Below, piece by piece: positions 1 through 13,073 of a DNA stretch of 64,000 nucleotides (the first letter of the stretch is position 1; every line of letters begins with the position of its first letter). The notes under the pieces were generated by a model. That model saw nothing but the letters and a program-made list of their open reading frames with translations. It was not told the DNA's origin and did no database searches. The position numbers and the translations under genes are program-made. Source of the DNA: Antedon mediterranea (lineage: Eukaryota > Animalia > Echinodermata); contig NC_092676.1 of NCBI RefSeq assembly GCF_964355755.1, positions 3,511,888 to 3,575,887 on the forward strand. Reading direction: 5' to 3'.

Positions 1-1
1 G

Positions 2-892
2 AAACATGACAAAAAGACAAAACCTGAAAATGTACCATTGAAAGAACCAATGCATGGCAACACTGATCAAGAAATTATTATTAAAACGCGCGTAGATGGC
101 CCTCTGCGCGAAACGTTGGTGACCGATGTGGCTATATATGATGAACCTACAATGTCAGACACACATGGAAACTGGGAGATTGTTTACGAAGACCCTGACG
201 TACCACCACACGACCAATTAACAGAAAAAGATAAGTATGATTATGTTGCATCAGAAGAAATGACAGTTGAAAGAGAGAGCAAAACCGAGTATGACTATGC
301 GGCAACAACAGACACCCACAGTGCCGAGAAGACAACTGAACGACACAACTATGATTATGTGGTATCAGCAGACATCCACAGAACAGAAAATGAATATGAC
401 GATGTAACATCAGCAGACGATCAAAACGATGAAACAGACAGGGAAAATGAGTATGATTATGTGGAAACACCAGGCATAGGCTCCACAGAAAAAGAAGGCT
501 TTGCAGAATACATTGAACTTGTTGATGACAACGCCGATGTCGAATGTCATCAGAGGAAGCCACTAACAACTAATATGCCTGCTGCATCCAAGTACAATGA
601 TGTTTCAATGTCACAAACTTATATTTCCATAAATATTAGAGCAAATGATAATGAGGCTGAGTACGAAAATAGTAAAGTGCATCGTCCCAAAGGTGTCTCG
701 ACTTCTGATAACTTAAAGACCGAAAGTGTTAAATTATCACAGAGATCAAGAAGAGATGGAAAAACCATTTCAGATAATCGCGAAGATGACGTCACCAATG
801 TGCATGCGAGTAAATTTGAAGTACGTGATACAAACGACGTGTACGAAAATGCATCGGTACGCAGAAAAGCAGCGAAGTGTGCTAAGAAATAG
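2..892 (+). CDS. G1: cytoplasmic tail (class A) of an IgSF receptor, 5' part outside window
   Basis: Frame open from base 2 (KHDKKTKPENVPLKEPM...) to TAG; nearly identical to the C-terminal part of G4 (16195-17091); motifs YDEP, YEDP, YDYV x3, YDDV, YIEL, YENS, YENA. Confidence 0.85.
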   Translation, partial: KHDKKTKPENVPLKEPMHGNTDQEIIIKTRVDGPLRETLVTDVAIYDEPTMSDTHGNWEIVYEDPDVPPHDQLTEKDKYDYVASEEMTVERESKTEYDYAATTDTHSAEKTTERHNYDYVVSADIHRTENEYDDVTSADDQNDETDRENEYDYVETPGIGSTEKEGFAEYIELVDDNADVECHQRKPLTTNMPAASKYNDVSMSQTYISINIRANDNEAEYENSKVHRPKGVSTSDNLKTESVKLSQRSRRDGKTISDNREDDVTNVHASKFEVRDTNDVYENASVRRKAAKCAKK

Positions 893-2045
893 AAGAAGAA
901 AAACATAACCAACCGTACAGAATAGTAATACAAAAACAAACAATGAAAAGTCCACTAACGCATATTATCAAAGAGACTTGTTTATGAATGTTTAATCTAT
1001 TAAGGCTTTTATTATGTGAAATTGTTATCTGTTATTATTGTCCCCAACACGTACAGGGGTGTGACTTATTCTTTTACGTATTCTAAGACTAGTATGAGCC
1101 ATGATAGTTCCATGGTAAAAGAAATAGAAAAGTAGGCTAAATATTATAAGTTAATATCTTGAAATATTTAATTTTGTTTAAGGAAGTAAATAAAAAAATA
1201 TTATATTAGAAATAATCAACTCTGAGAGATGAACATTAACCAGAAAAGAGAGTTTTATATTAATGTCGTTTACTGTTTTTATATCTAATTGTCTATACAT
1301 TTTATACATTTTTACATTATATGCATATATTTTCTTTGTTATCCTTTTTAATGTAAAATTTTACGGTTTTGGCTATTTGTATAATTGATCGTATGTTTTT
1401 GGACAAATAAATGAATTAATATAATTATGCGATATGTGTAATGTTTCTTTAAGACGCATTTGTGAAAACTGTATTCAGAAAAAACATCAAATAAAATAAA
1501 AAAAGGCTGTTTATAAGTTTCTACGTTTTAATGATAAAGGGGTTAATTGGCCAACAAGAGGTGAACATTAGCTTGTTGACTCTATTTATGATCAAAGTAG
1601 AACATCATCAATCAACAAACTGAATCTATTAAACATCATTAACATGTTATTTTAGTTTAAAAAAAGTTCAACAATAAAAGAATATATATATACTAGTGAC
1701 ACGTGTTCTATAGAACACGAGCCCAGTCAGCCAATTTGTGTAAACAAAAAATAATATATAATATATTTAATAAAAAACATTAAATCTCTTGTTGTCATTG
1801 ATTGACCTCCCACCCAAATCGTTCCTGATGGGACAAGAACGTTTGCTCTTTACATACAAAATTTTATTTCACAGTTTCAGTCTTATAGGGGGCGGTATAC
1901 AATACTAGAAAAATGTTGAATGCTTCCTCATGATGAACTGTGTAGTGTAGTTGACAAAAGTACATTTTTCTACAATATATATTAATAAAATATTGCACGA
2001 GCATTATTTTATAACATTTGTATAAACATCAACCATCGAGAAATA

Positions 2046-2215
2046 TAAAACAGACAGCGGAAATACATATAACTGCGTGACGTCAGCAATGAAAACGATG
2101 ACCACTAAAACAGACAGTACAAATGAGTATGATTATGTTGAAACATAGGTGCAGCCACGGTGAAGAACGATTGTCACATGAGGAAGCCAGTAAAAACGGA
2201 AAGATAGGCGTACTG
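2046..2215 (+). pseudogene. Relic of a class A receptor tail
   Basis: ACAGACAGTACAAATGAGTATGATTATGTTGAAACA (TDSTNEYDYVET) and flanks match the family tail; no ORF context; second copy at about 18250-18420. Confidence 0.6.
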
Positions 2216-4319
2216 TATGTAAAAAGTCAAATGTTGATGCACATTTTGCAGAATGTGTACTAAACATTGAAACTTAAATATTCAAATATAATTGATTATA
2301 AAAACAATCTTCAACATGAAAGGAAAACATTAAAGTGAAACAATTAATTTATTTTACTTTAGATTTGACTTGCCTTTCGGTGCAATGCTCAGTGTATAGG
2401 TTCGTTCACACGGAAGACGGCGACGTTCAACCTTTTACAGGATTTATATTATTCAACAGAACAGCGACGTTTTCAAATTACTTCAACTGAATATTCCATA
2501 ATACAGTATCACATGTGAATCACATGTATCTCCTAGTATATCATAGACCATAACCTAACCATTAACCTATAACCTTATACATAATACAGACACCACTGTG
2601 GTGCTGTTTAATTCGGAATGTTCCTATGATACACCATGTCGTATGTAGAGATACTGCACTGAGAATCGGGTAGTTAATTAGTTTGCTGATTTGGGTAATC
2701 AGCCAATCACGAGGCTTAATCATATTCTGGTTCATTTTTTGGTAAATTTCTAAGCTATGAATTAAAGTTAGAATTGAAGAGATGTCTTCGGCTTTCGGGA
2801 ATGTACAAATTTTAGTTTTTGGTCCTAAACATAGTGCCACAACATTCTATTAAATATAGTACTCATAGCATAGAACTAAAATAAACGTTTATTTTATACA
2901 CTCACTTTGTACTTTATCAAATGAATTGTTTCACAAACAAAAAACCCTCCCCCCCCCTCCCCACCTAAAAAAGAGTACAACAACCAAAGTATCACGAAAT
3001 GTAAGAATAGTAAATATCTTTATTTAACATTTGATACGACAGGAAAAATAAAGTTATGCAGAGTGTTTTAACCAATCAAAGTCACGAACTACTCGGCATT
3101 TACAATTAAATTCTCACTAACCACGCCCCCGACTGATAAACGTTTATCACGCCCTCTGGAAGAAAAATGACAATGTATTAGGAAAGTATTTTTAAAGTAT
3201 TACATCATTAATGTTGAATATTCAGTGGCGCTATTTCCTGATATTTTATTTCTGCAGTAATCAAGTTTATCACTGGTGCTGAAGTAGATCATTCCAACTT
3301 ATATAACAACAAAATAAAGTTGTAATAAATAAAGTCCCAACGTGTAATGTTTAACTACGAATACAGGATCTAACCATATAGGAAGTTGTTTAATACTGGA
3401 CATAATGTTTCATTGAAGTGTTTATAAATTGAGTACCATTTACAGCATACGTGAACATCAAGCAAACATGATTTAATTTCTAAAACATTATTACTGGTGT
3501 CTTTGAATCGTCGGAAAAAGGAATATAATTTATAGGAATATTTGCGTAAATCTCAATTTGGTAAGGAAGTTCCAATATTCGGACGTCAATCGAGGCGCCT
3601 GCGTAAAGGCCTGTGCACACCAAACGCGAAGCCGCGAAGCGTCATGCGTCACGCGTCATTCGACGGATCGCTTTGAAAGTTGAATTGTCATGCGTCTATT
3701 AGTTTTTCTTGTCGGTTCCCACTAAACGCGTCACGATCTGCTGATTCGTCGCGATTGCTAGGCCTAGGAGATAGTGGGTTGGCCAATACAATGCTACATT
3801 TAAAATAATCAGAGAAGATGACTCTGAAGTATTTCCTACGTAAGTTTAACCAGAGAAGAGTTAAATTAAAATGTAATTTAACTCTTCCCTGGTTACACCA
3901 ATCACAGTGTTTGGTTTTGGTGGGAAAATGTTATCCTTTTCCAAAGCTTGAAATGTGCATGATTGTATGTATATATCACAAGGACAGAAGAAGATGTATC
4001 CAATATCAATACAGTTACAAGAATTAAATTTATTTATTGCATGTTGATTACACGTACATGTGATCTGCTGACTGTATTTATTAGAGGTGTTACAAATATC
4101 TTTCAACAGAGGTTATTATAACCATATAAAACATTTCATATAAACACGAACTGGGAATCTTCATGGGTTTGTCACTTTCAAATATAAACTATAGGCCTAT
4201 ATATTAATGTAAAGTTTTCACATTCATTTTCTAATTATTATTAAATATTATATTATTCATGACAAAACATACAGTTTTTTTCTCATTTGATTAAATGTAA
4301 TAAATATCCCAAACTCATA

Positions 4320-4503
4320 ATTACACTGTATATTATCTTATGACTTTTTTTTCACATAAATACACTTATGTAAATAGTGAATCATTGTTTTTAAAGGTAT
4401 CATTAAATAATTAATCATTACACTGTATATTATCTTATGACTTTTTCACATAAATACACTTATTGAAATAGTGAATCATTGTTTTTAAAGGTATAATTAA
4501 ATA
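4320..4503. repeat. Two-copy ~95-bp direct repeat inside the Harbinger element
   Basis: ATTACACTGTATATTATCTTATGACTTTTT...AAAGGTAT occurs twice in tandem. Confidence 0.8.
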
Positions 4504-5114
4504 TCAACCAGATTTTCTTTTTTACTACTCCTGAATACTTTCGCAAAATAATATCAAAATAATAAATTTAAAATGTATCATCCCAAAAAAAATGAAAATT
4601 GAAGAAATATTATTATTGTTAAAAGTGAATAACTAACCCTAAAGTGTTATACTGTATTACACACAACGAAAATGTTTTAAATTATATTTTCAGGAAGACA
4701 ATATATCTTGTCCAAAAAATGTCACTAAACTTAAAAATGTATTGTCCCATAGAATCATGAAAAATGAAGATGATTAAAATCAAATTTGAATAGGCCATTT
4801 TGTAGTTTTAACAAAGTTAATCACTTACATAGAAAAAAAAACCCAAAAAACTTATGTTTTCACTTATAAAATGAAAAAAATTCCATTAGCTGGCTGCCAA
4901 TTTGACTATTTTTTTAGTATTGGAGTATAACAAAACATACATATTATATTTCCATGTGTTCTCTATTGCTAAAAAAAGACATTCAGTTCAGCTTTCCTTC
5001 TATAACCACTTAATAAATACTAGTTACAGTCCAACTTCTCCTTAATCTCTTCCATTTTCTATAAAAAAAAAAATGAAACAAGTATTAATAAATTGCTATA
5101 GTAAGGCATATTGC

Positions 5115-5846
5115 TCAAATCATTTTTTCTGGCCTATGTATGTCACCAACTGACATACCCATTTGAAAAAAGTCTATACAAACCTGTATCAGCCTCATAA
5201 TTGCCAGTCCACGTTTTTGAGGAGCAATTGCTCTTAATTCCATGGCAATAATATACTGGCCGCTTAAACTACTAGCTTGGTCATTGGTGGAGTTTGTAAC
5301 GCTGGTAATAGCCTGAAGGATCCCATTTATCAATGTTCATCTAATTGACATAAAAGAAACAAAAACAACAGTATTTATGTATTAATATTACTACTACTAG
5401 GCCTATCCTAGCCTTACAACACTAAATCAACTAAATATTAGGCCTATAAATATTAATTAATAATAATAAGTAGGCTAGGCCTAGCTCATAGTAGACTAGT
5501 AGGGATTAGTAAGTATTATGTAGGCCTATAAGTACTACTTGACATGGCCTAGCCTACTAGGGTATATGTAGCCTAGGCTAGGTAGGCCTAGCTAGGCCCT
5601 AGTATTGCCTAAACCTAGGTAGGCCTAGGCCTAGGCTAGAAATAGGCTTGCCAACTCACTTTACAAATTGATCTCTGACGCGTTTTAGGCCTAGTTTTTC
5701 TGGCATTCTTCTACACAGATGTTTGTCTGAAATTATTGTCTTCATGCATTAATCCTTATGTTTCTGTCTGTGTATGACTTACTTCCCTTATCGTAAAGAC
5801 AAGAAGGGTAAGTATTTCCATAAAGACCTCGCTCGTCAGCCACCAT
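5115..5846 (-). pseudogene. Degenerate MADF(Myb/SANT)-BESS-like accessory gene of the Harbinger element
   Basis: Minus strand reads YPSCLYDKGSKSYTDRNIRINA*..VEECQK..KRVRDQFVK followed by a GTGAGT donor (MADF-like, with stops/frameshift); downstream exon after an AG at about 5342 contains GQYIIAMELRAIAPQKRGLAIMRLIQV (BESS-like). Confidence 0.6.
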
Positions 5847-6208
5847 TTTTTTGCCGTCGGTGGCGTCGATGAAAGATATTCCTGACTTCTGATTGGTTGA
5901 CGAACGCAAACCGCGCTCGCGACGCCTCAAAAAGTTGACCAAGGTTCAACTTTTGAAAATTCGCGTGCGAAGCCTTCGCTGCTGTCGTTTTCAACGCGTT
6001 GAAGTTGAAATTCGACTATCGTACACTGTTCGCTTGTATGTTCACACTGGAAGTGTCCGTCGCCTGCCGCGTGCGTCACTTTTTAACGCGAAATTCGCGG
6101 CTTCGCGTTTGGTGTGCACCGGCCTTAAGTACACTACTATTCATATTATAACAACGCATGGGAACATCAATCGAACATTATGTCTTATGATATCTAATAT
6201 TGACTACA

Positions 6209-7972
6209 ATGTTTAAAATGTCTCATCTTCAACATTGTACATTGCTGTTTTTCAAGTGCTTGATTGTATTGTATAGTATATTTCACTGTTGTTGTGCACA
6301 ATCCTATACTTTTACAAAACAACCCAAATCTGTTCTTGTTGGACAAGGAAACACAGCATCGTTATCGTGTGAATGGACACCAGCATTGAATGAAAACCAT
6401 GTCGTTTTCTGGTCAGCATACCCTCATGTTGGTGGGTTGCAAGCAATCGATAGGTCAACTTAAAAGTACAATTTAACAACTATAGCAACATCTTCATATC
6501 TTTCCATTTTTAATGTTGGTTACAATGATGTAGGAAGATACAGGTGTGATATCTCGGAAGGTGCTGCTTCATTTAGTCTGTCTGAATTTGCTTCTGTGGT
6601 GATAGGAGAAATAGTGTGCGATCCAAAGAATAGCAATGGTGAGATTGGAACAACGATGACATGTTCCTATTTTACTTCTTATTATTCACGTGATATTGAT
6701 TTACTATGGTATAAAAACAGGAAACAAATTACATCAAAAGTACCACAAAACAATGCTATAAAATCAAGAGCTTTGACTGTTGAAGACGATAGAGATGTAT
6801 TTACTTGTAAAGCCACAATTAGATCTCAAAATCAAGTGATAGGAACTTGTGAAACTACTCCGCTAGTATTGACAATAGATGCAGAGATTGAACAATCACC
6901 GCCAGGTGCACTTCATGATGGAGATAGCTTTACCCTTACCAGCTTAGGGAAAGGTAATCCTGATTATTATGAATATGAATGGACGTGGAATGGCAAACCT
7001 GTAGGATCATCGCCAAATGGAAGTCGATTTGCAATAGATAATGTGCTAACTGTGAAGAGTGTATCAAGCAATGCCAACGGCAAAATAGTTACTTGTACTA
7101 TTAGTCGTAGTAGTCATAACAGTAGTTTAGCAACCTATACACTGAACATTATAGAGCAAATGACTACACGTTTGCAGTCGACATCTGGTACGCGTACGCG
7201 CAACTCAATTACACGTCAGCTATCAACCGACGTCCCTCATGACGAGTCCCCAACAGTAGTGACTACACGTTTACAGTCGACACCAGGTACACCAATTACA
7301 GTCAGACTATCAGAAACTAATATCCAGGGTATTGATTCTACAATAGTAATCATTTTCATCATTGGCGGAGTTGCGATAGTTCTTGTGAGTTTGATAACAG
7401 CATTTACAATTTACTTTTTAAAGAAAAGGCACAATAAACAGTACGACAAAGAAGAGACAAAACCCGAAAATGTACCATTGAAAGAACCAGTCTACGGTAA
7501 CACTGAACAAAACATTAACAGTTCTGAATTAGATAATGACCTGTGTGAAAATGTGGAAACAATGTACGCAGAACCTGACCTGTCAACAAATGGGTGCCAT
7601 ATTAAATATGACACGCCACAGAATGCAGTAAACATTGATAAAACTGATGATTCTTTAGGTAAGCCAATGAAACCTAATGAAATGAGTGATGCTAAGCCTA
7701 GAAAAAGGACAAGTGCCGAAAATACGGATATAATACAAGTAAGACCAACCGGACCAACCAAGTCCCACACTGTTAAAGAAAGTCTTGAAGATCTGTATTC
7801 TAGGCCCAACAAACCAACGACAAGAACGCCAGAAATTACGCACGAAGATCTTACTAAGAAAAACGTAGAAGGCTTAACGTACGCAGAAATAGAGTTTACA
7901 AGCGGTACGTTCCCAGCCCCTGAACCACAAGACTACGGGCTTGATTACGCAACTGTACATATTAAGAAGTAA
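6209..7972 (+). pseudogene. G2: 3-Ig receptor with tandem-ITIM (class B) tail, single nonsense codon
   Basis: ORFs 6200-6463 and 6596-7972 are in the same frame; TAA at 6461-6463 where paralog G5 has TTA; otherwise continuous signal peptide-Ig-Ig-Ig-stalk-TM-tail ending LTYAEI...LDYATV. Confidence 0.85.
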
Positions 7973-9099
7973 CGTAATACTGTTACGTAACCGTTACGTA
8001 TTTACCGTTTACATTGTAACAATTTTTAATACGTTTATCATTAACACATATTGTAGAACTCAATATTAATCAATTTTCGATATGTGACGTAACTGTTTGG
8101 TCAAATCGTTTTGTGACAGTTTTATGCAATGTGTATGTAGGTCTAAGATTAAAACAGATTTAAAATAACAGACTATCATATTATCTATCTAGTTGTTTCT
8201 GTAACTTGTATACAGTTTTTCATATTGATATAAAGTACCATCATATTCTATGATAATTTTCTATGATAAATGAATACATAAATGCAGGTTGCATATATAC
8301 TATTATATACTATATATACTATATATATACACGTTATTTTAAATGAAAGAACACTTCTTGCTAATTGTAAATAGATATCATAGCTTTAAATCCGTTTACT
8401 TAATAATAAACGTTTTGTAGTTGAATTCGGTTGCTTATCTATTTTGGTATTTAATTTAAAATAATCAATCTTGTGTTATGTAGGCCTAATTAACCTTGCG
8501 CATATAAATAAGTTACTTAATATATTTTCTATTTTAAAGAAACTGATGTAGGCCTACAGTATACCGTATTTTTTTATTTTAATCTCGAAATTGGATTTTT
8601 AGTTATTATCATTATATAATTGATTTATATTGATTAGATAGCTTAATATTATTGATTATGAAATTAAAGTTATTGATTATGTATTTGATATTGGTTGTTA
8701 TTGGGTTTTCAAATGAAAGCCAAATGTGTGAGTTATTTTTTGTTCTTGTATGAGGAAGCAAACTGAACTAATTATTTTTGGAAATGAGGAGATTGAAACA
8801 ACACTGACAAGATCAAGGAAGTACAGGAAACAATTAGCAACAGTTATGAGTTATATAAACACTAACATGAATGTATGAGGTTAGAGATTGGTGGTTACAT
8901 TAATTCCCTTTCTGTTGATGGTACTTCGGACAATTCTCCCCGAGTGTTCAACAAGTCGGACTTCCGGAAAAAAGTAATTCAACATTACAGCAATTCCTAC
9001 ATGATCAAAAAAAAAAGAAGAAAAATGAAATAAATGAAAAAGTTTAAAATTAGTTAGAGATTGATGGTTACTTTCCTGTGGTAATTCGTTTAACTCTTA

Positions 9100-9256
9100 A
9101 GCTCTGTCTACACTATCAAACTAGTTTGACAAAAAAGGATGTGATGTACCAAAATATGGTGGTGATATTCCCAAATATGGTAGTGGTATATCATGTCCAT
9201 ATATGGGCCCTTCACATTTTTTTTGTCACATAACATTTGATATTGTAGAAAAACCT
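9100..9256. mobile_element. Tourist/Harbinger-like MITE (~155 bp)
   Basis: Terminus AGCTCTGTCTACACTATCAAAC with degenerate inverse end, flanked by TTA/TTA; paralogous copy at about 35686-35840. Confidence 0.65.
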
Positions 9257-10103
9257 TTACTGTTTAAAAAAAATGACGCACATTTTTCATTTTATTTGAA
9301 ATTCATATAGGCCTACAATTTAGATTTCAAAGATTTTTTTGTTATCTTTAGTGGTTCACCACCACATTTATTCATTCAATGTTTCATTAGGGCCTACATA
9401 ATTTGTTACCATTATTTTCTGTTTTTCCTCATTAATATCATAATTTTAACCTTTAGTATCATCATTAATAAACATTCATTTGTTATTTTGTTTTCTGAAT
9501 TACTAAACATTAATATACAGAGTATTTACTTCTTAACGTTCTTTTTTTTTGCTAAATCTTCTATTTACAAAACCAATTGTATATTAATTAAATACTTAGA
9601 TTTCAAAGATAAAAACACACAAAGTAACGCAAAAGGTTCAAGTATGTTTTTTTTAGCTTGTGGTTCATCAATATCTATAAGATTGCACTGCGGTAATGTA
9701 CCGGTACTGCAATGGTAACAAGTTAAAACCAAACCAACTTATCTTTCTCGATACTGAAGTAAAACTACAATTTATAACGCCTTCGATTTAAATTCCAAAA
9801 GATTTAGATTTTCCTTCGTGCTTCATCAATTGTACGGTAAAGTACCAGTCTGGTAACAAGTTAAGCCAAACCAATTTCTCTTTCTCCATACTGATAGTAA
9901 ACTCTAAATTAAAGACTAAAACTAACTCCTTCGAGGAAGCAACGGCAATAGAAATTAAAGGGCGACAAATTTTACTTAATTCGTTTTTTATGACATTAAA
10001 TGGTCGCACAGACACTTCTGTTCATCTATTCATAGCAAAAAACTATTCAAAACAAACAAGTTACGAAAACAGTAAGCCCTAACAAGGAAACAAGAGCATA
10101 TGA

Positions 10104-10253
10104 AGCCCTGTCCACACTATCTAACTTTATGTAAAAAGTTATTGCCCATAAACGGACATGATGATGTCACATCACTACCATATTTGGGCATACCACTACC
10201 ATGGGCACATCACACTTTTGTTGTCAAACTAGTTCGATAGTGTAGACAGAGCT
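10104..10253. mobile_element. Same MITE family, opposite orientation
   Basis: AGCCCTGTCCACACTATC ... GATAGTGTAGACAGAGCT followed by TAA; interior is the reverse complement of 9100-9256; paralogous copy at about 36704-36853. Confidence 0.65.
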
Positions 10254-11221
10254 TAATGCTGGTTGGACCAAAAATAGATCGGAAATGAAAAATCGGAACA
10301 TAAAGGCTTGTTTCTAAGTGTTCTCTATGTCTTGTCGTCACTTGGAAGGTAAACATATTATTATGTACACTTCTCTCCCAGGCTAGGTCACTGCGTATTG
10401 TATATTGTTACAGTATTTCTATCTATGTTCAGTATTATATACTTTCTTATTTACATACCACCTATCCTATTGGTATATAAGTACTCTAGGCGTTGTTTTC
10501 TGTTCTTCTGATGATGAGAATTGTTTCTCGAAACATGTCACATTTTAAGGCAGTTTGCCTATTCGTTAAATGCCTCGCTATACTCACATTAACTCGTAAG
10601 TTCGGTGGAATCATTCATGATTTATCTATTATATAATATGATTGTATGATTACCGTTGTTTTGATAGTAGTAAATGAATTTAGAAATATCTCTTTACTAC
10701 ACCAATCGGTATAAAATAAAACTGAGAAAATAAGAATTTATTTATTTCAGTTAGTCTTATTTCTGAAGAAGCTGTGCGTGTAAAGTATACAACAACAGTG
10801 TCAAGTTAAACCATCCAAGTATTTTCATTTCGATTGGTTTGTTAAAAATGTCTAAATTCCTAATCCGGAGGTAATGAAGTAAATAAACACTGTATGGGGC
10901 ATCATTGTATTATCACAGGATAACATACCACGCAATATAATAATAACACATATGAAACGATCTTCTAAAATAACTTTATAATCGGATAAACAATTATTTC
11001 TATATGATTGGATATTGTATTGGGCACAAATGAAATCATATCGCGTGAAGCTTTAGTAATAATGTCTTTCAAAAGAATGCGTTAAAACATCAACTATTCT
11101 TACACTGTAGTCATTACTGTAAATGATTGGAATCTACAATAGTCCTAAACAATCTCAATTTTGGTAAGGAAGTTACTTTAAACCGATCAAAAGCAATATT
11201 TGGGAATTGACATTCACAAGA

Positions 11222-13073
11222 ATGGCTCATTCTCAATATTGGACATTGCTGTTCTTAAAGTTTCTGATTATATTTCATATATCTCACTGTTGTCATACGC
11301 AGTACTACAATTTTACAGAACATCCACAATCGGTTCTCGTTGCAGACGGACAAACTACAACGCTATCGTGTGAATGGACACCAGCATTGAATAACAACCA
11401 TCTCGTAACATGGAAATACGATCGTGTTAATAGTCCTAAACGAATTGAAATTTCAGATACAAAATACGCATTAATGAACGAAGCAACATCTTCAAGTCTT
11501 TCCATTTCTAATGTTGGCTCTGGTGACGTAGGCAACTACATTTGTGAGATCTTCGAATGTGATTCATACAACAGTGTCTCATCTTCTACATTTGCTTCTC
11601 TAGTATTAGGAGAATTGATATGTTTTCCGGAGAATGTTGTTGATATAGGAACAACGCTGATATGCTCCTTCACCTCTTCTGATAATTCATATATTATTAA
11701 TTTACTATGGTATAACAACGGAAAACAAATAACTTCGGGACAACAACAAAACAATGATTTAGAATCAACGGCTCTGACTGCCGAAGACGAAGGAGGTGTA
11801 TTTACTTGTAAAGCCACCATCGGATTTCAAAGTCAAGCGACAGGAACTTGTGAAACTACTCCACTAGTATTTCCAATAGATGCAGAGATTTAACAATCAC
11901 CACCAGGTCCACTTCAGGTTGGTGATAGATTTAATCTTACCTGCGTAGGGAAAGGTAATCCTGAAAATTATAATTACGAATGGACGTGGAATAACAACCC
12001 AGTAGAATCTATGACAGATAGTCGATTTGCAATTGGCAATATGGTTATTGTGAATACTGTATCAGGCAGTGACAATGGCAAAATGGTTTCTTGTACTATT
12101 AGTAGTAGTGGTTACAGAAGTATAGCGAGCTATACAATAAACATTTTGGATCAGACATCGAGTACAACTACAAGTATGTCGACACCAGATAGGCCTACAC
12201 GTACGCAAAAACCAATTACGGCGGTCAGACTCACAATACCTGATGACCCGGATGACATTTCAACAACAGTAATGACTACACGTTTAAAGTCGACACTAGA
12301 TACACGTACGCAAAAACCAATTACGGTCAGACTCACAACACATAATGTTCCGGATGACATTTCAACAACAGCAATGACTACACCAGATACACGTTTGCAA
12401 AAAACAATTACACATCAACTCACAACACATAAAGTCTCGGAAGACGTTTCCGCAACAGTAGACCTAATGAATACACGTTTAAACACAACACCTGTTACTG
12501 TAACGCGTTCTATTACAGAAATCCTAACGGTTGTAATTATCGTAGTTGCAATTTTACTCGTCGTTTCTTTGATAATAATAATAAGCCTATGTGTTTATTT
12601 GCAAAAAAAGAAAAAAGAAAAACACAACTCCTTCAAATCGACTGTCAAATAATCTTGAGCACGTTTACTATTACATTACGTCGTCTAGCGCACACGTGAC
12701 CTCGACAGCCAGTAACACTAAGTATGATTATGTCATACACCCATTCACACGCAATACTGAAGAATCCACTCCTGAGTACCTTGAATTGGACGATGGTTTC
12801 CAAGATATGGCGCACCAAAACCAGAAAGTAATACAGCCGCTGATTACGATGATGTTGCATCGCAACAAACAGATACTAAAAACCAAGAGTACAAATTCGA
12901 AAATGGTATGCTGCGTGTTAAAGGTATCAGAGAGACATAAAAAAATAAGGTACGCAACTATCAATTTTTTACGCATGTAATGGAACTACGATGACGTCAC
13001 ATTGGTGCGTACACGGCGTTGTTTGCTGATGAACGAGTCAATCGTGTACGAAAATTGTCTGATTTATATCTAA
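11222..13073 (+). pseudogene. G3: 3-Ig receptor, class C tail, disrupted
   Basis: Close paralog of intact G9; TAA at 11891-11893 (GAA in G9), +1 A in run 12603-12609, 2-bp insertion at about 12806 and further tail lesions; reconstructed end VYENCLIYI*. Confidence 0.85.

Larger units (their letters stand above)
3607..6125. mobile_element. PIF/Harbinger-type DNA transposon, non-autonomous/degenerate (2.5 kb)
   Basis: 32-bp TIRs (AGGCCTGTGCACACCAAACGCGAAGCCGCGAA at 3607-3638; inverse at 6094-6125, 1 mismatch); TAA target duplication (3604-3606, 6126-6128); empty site GCCTGCG-TAA-GTACACT at about 19794-19810. Confidence 0.92.
1..7330 (+). repeat. Segmental duplicate of about 16194-21020 (excluding the Harbinger insert)
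   Basis: G1 tail, spacer and G2 5' region align colinearly with G4 tail, spacer and G5 5' region. Confidence 0.9.

Noticed and set aside
147-955. Recurrent minus-strand and alternate-frame ORFs over the receptor tails and Ig domains (also 16325-17132, 21208-22111, 31926-32418, 52069-52471 and others)
   Set aside because: Shadows of the + strand genes; they recur only because the genes are paralogous, and have no independent domain signal.
2562-2840. ORF repeated at 18780-19037
   Set aside because: Lies in duplicated spacer, non-ATG start, length not conserved, broken in other copies.
3775-3843. GQYNATFKIIREDDSEVF, possibly the N-terminus of a Harbinger transposase
   Set aside because: Too short to support without a profile search; no catalytic region follows.
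5395-5695. Dense TAGGCCTA palindromic low-complexity tract
   Set aside because: Falls in the putative intron of the transposon accessory gene; the motif is scattered throughout the window, so no specific function is supportable.
5893-6216. 107-aa Arg-rich ORF upstream of G2
   Set aside because: Runs across the transposon terminal repeat; non-ATG start; compositional artefact.
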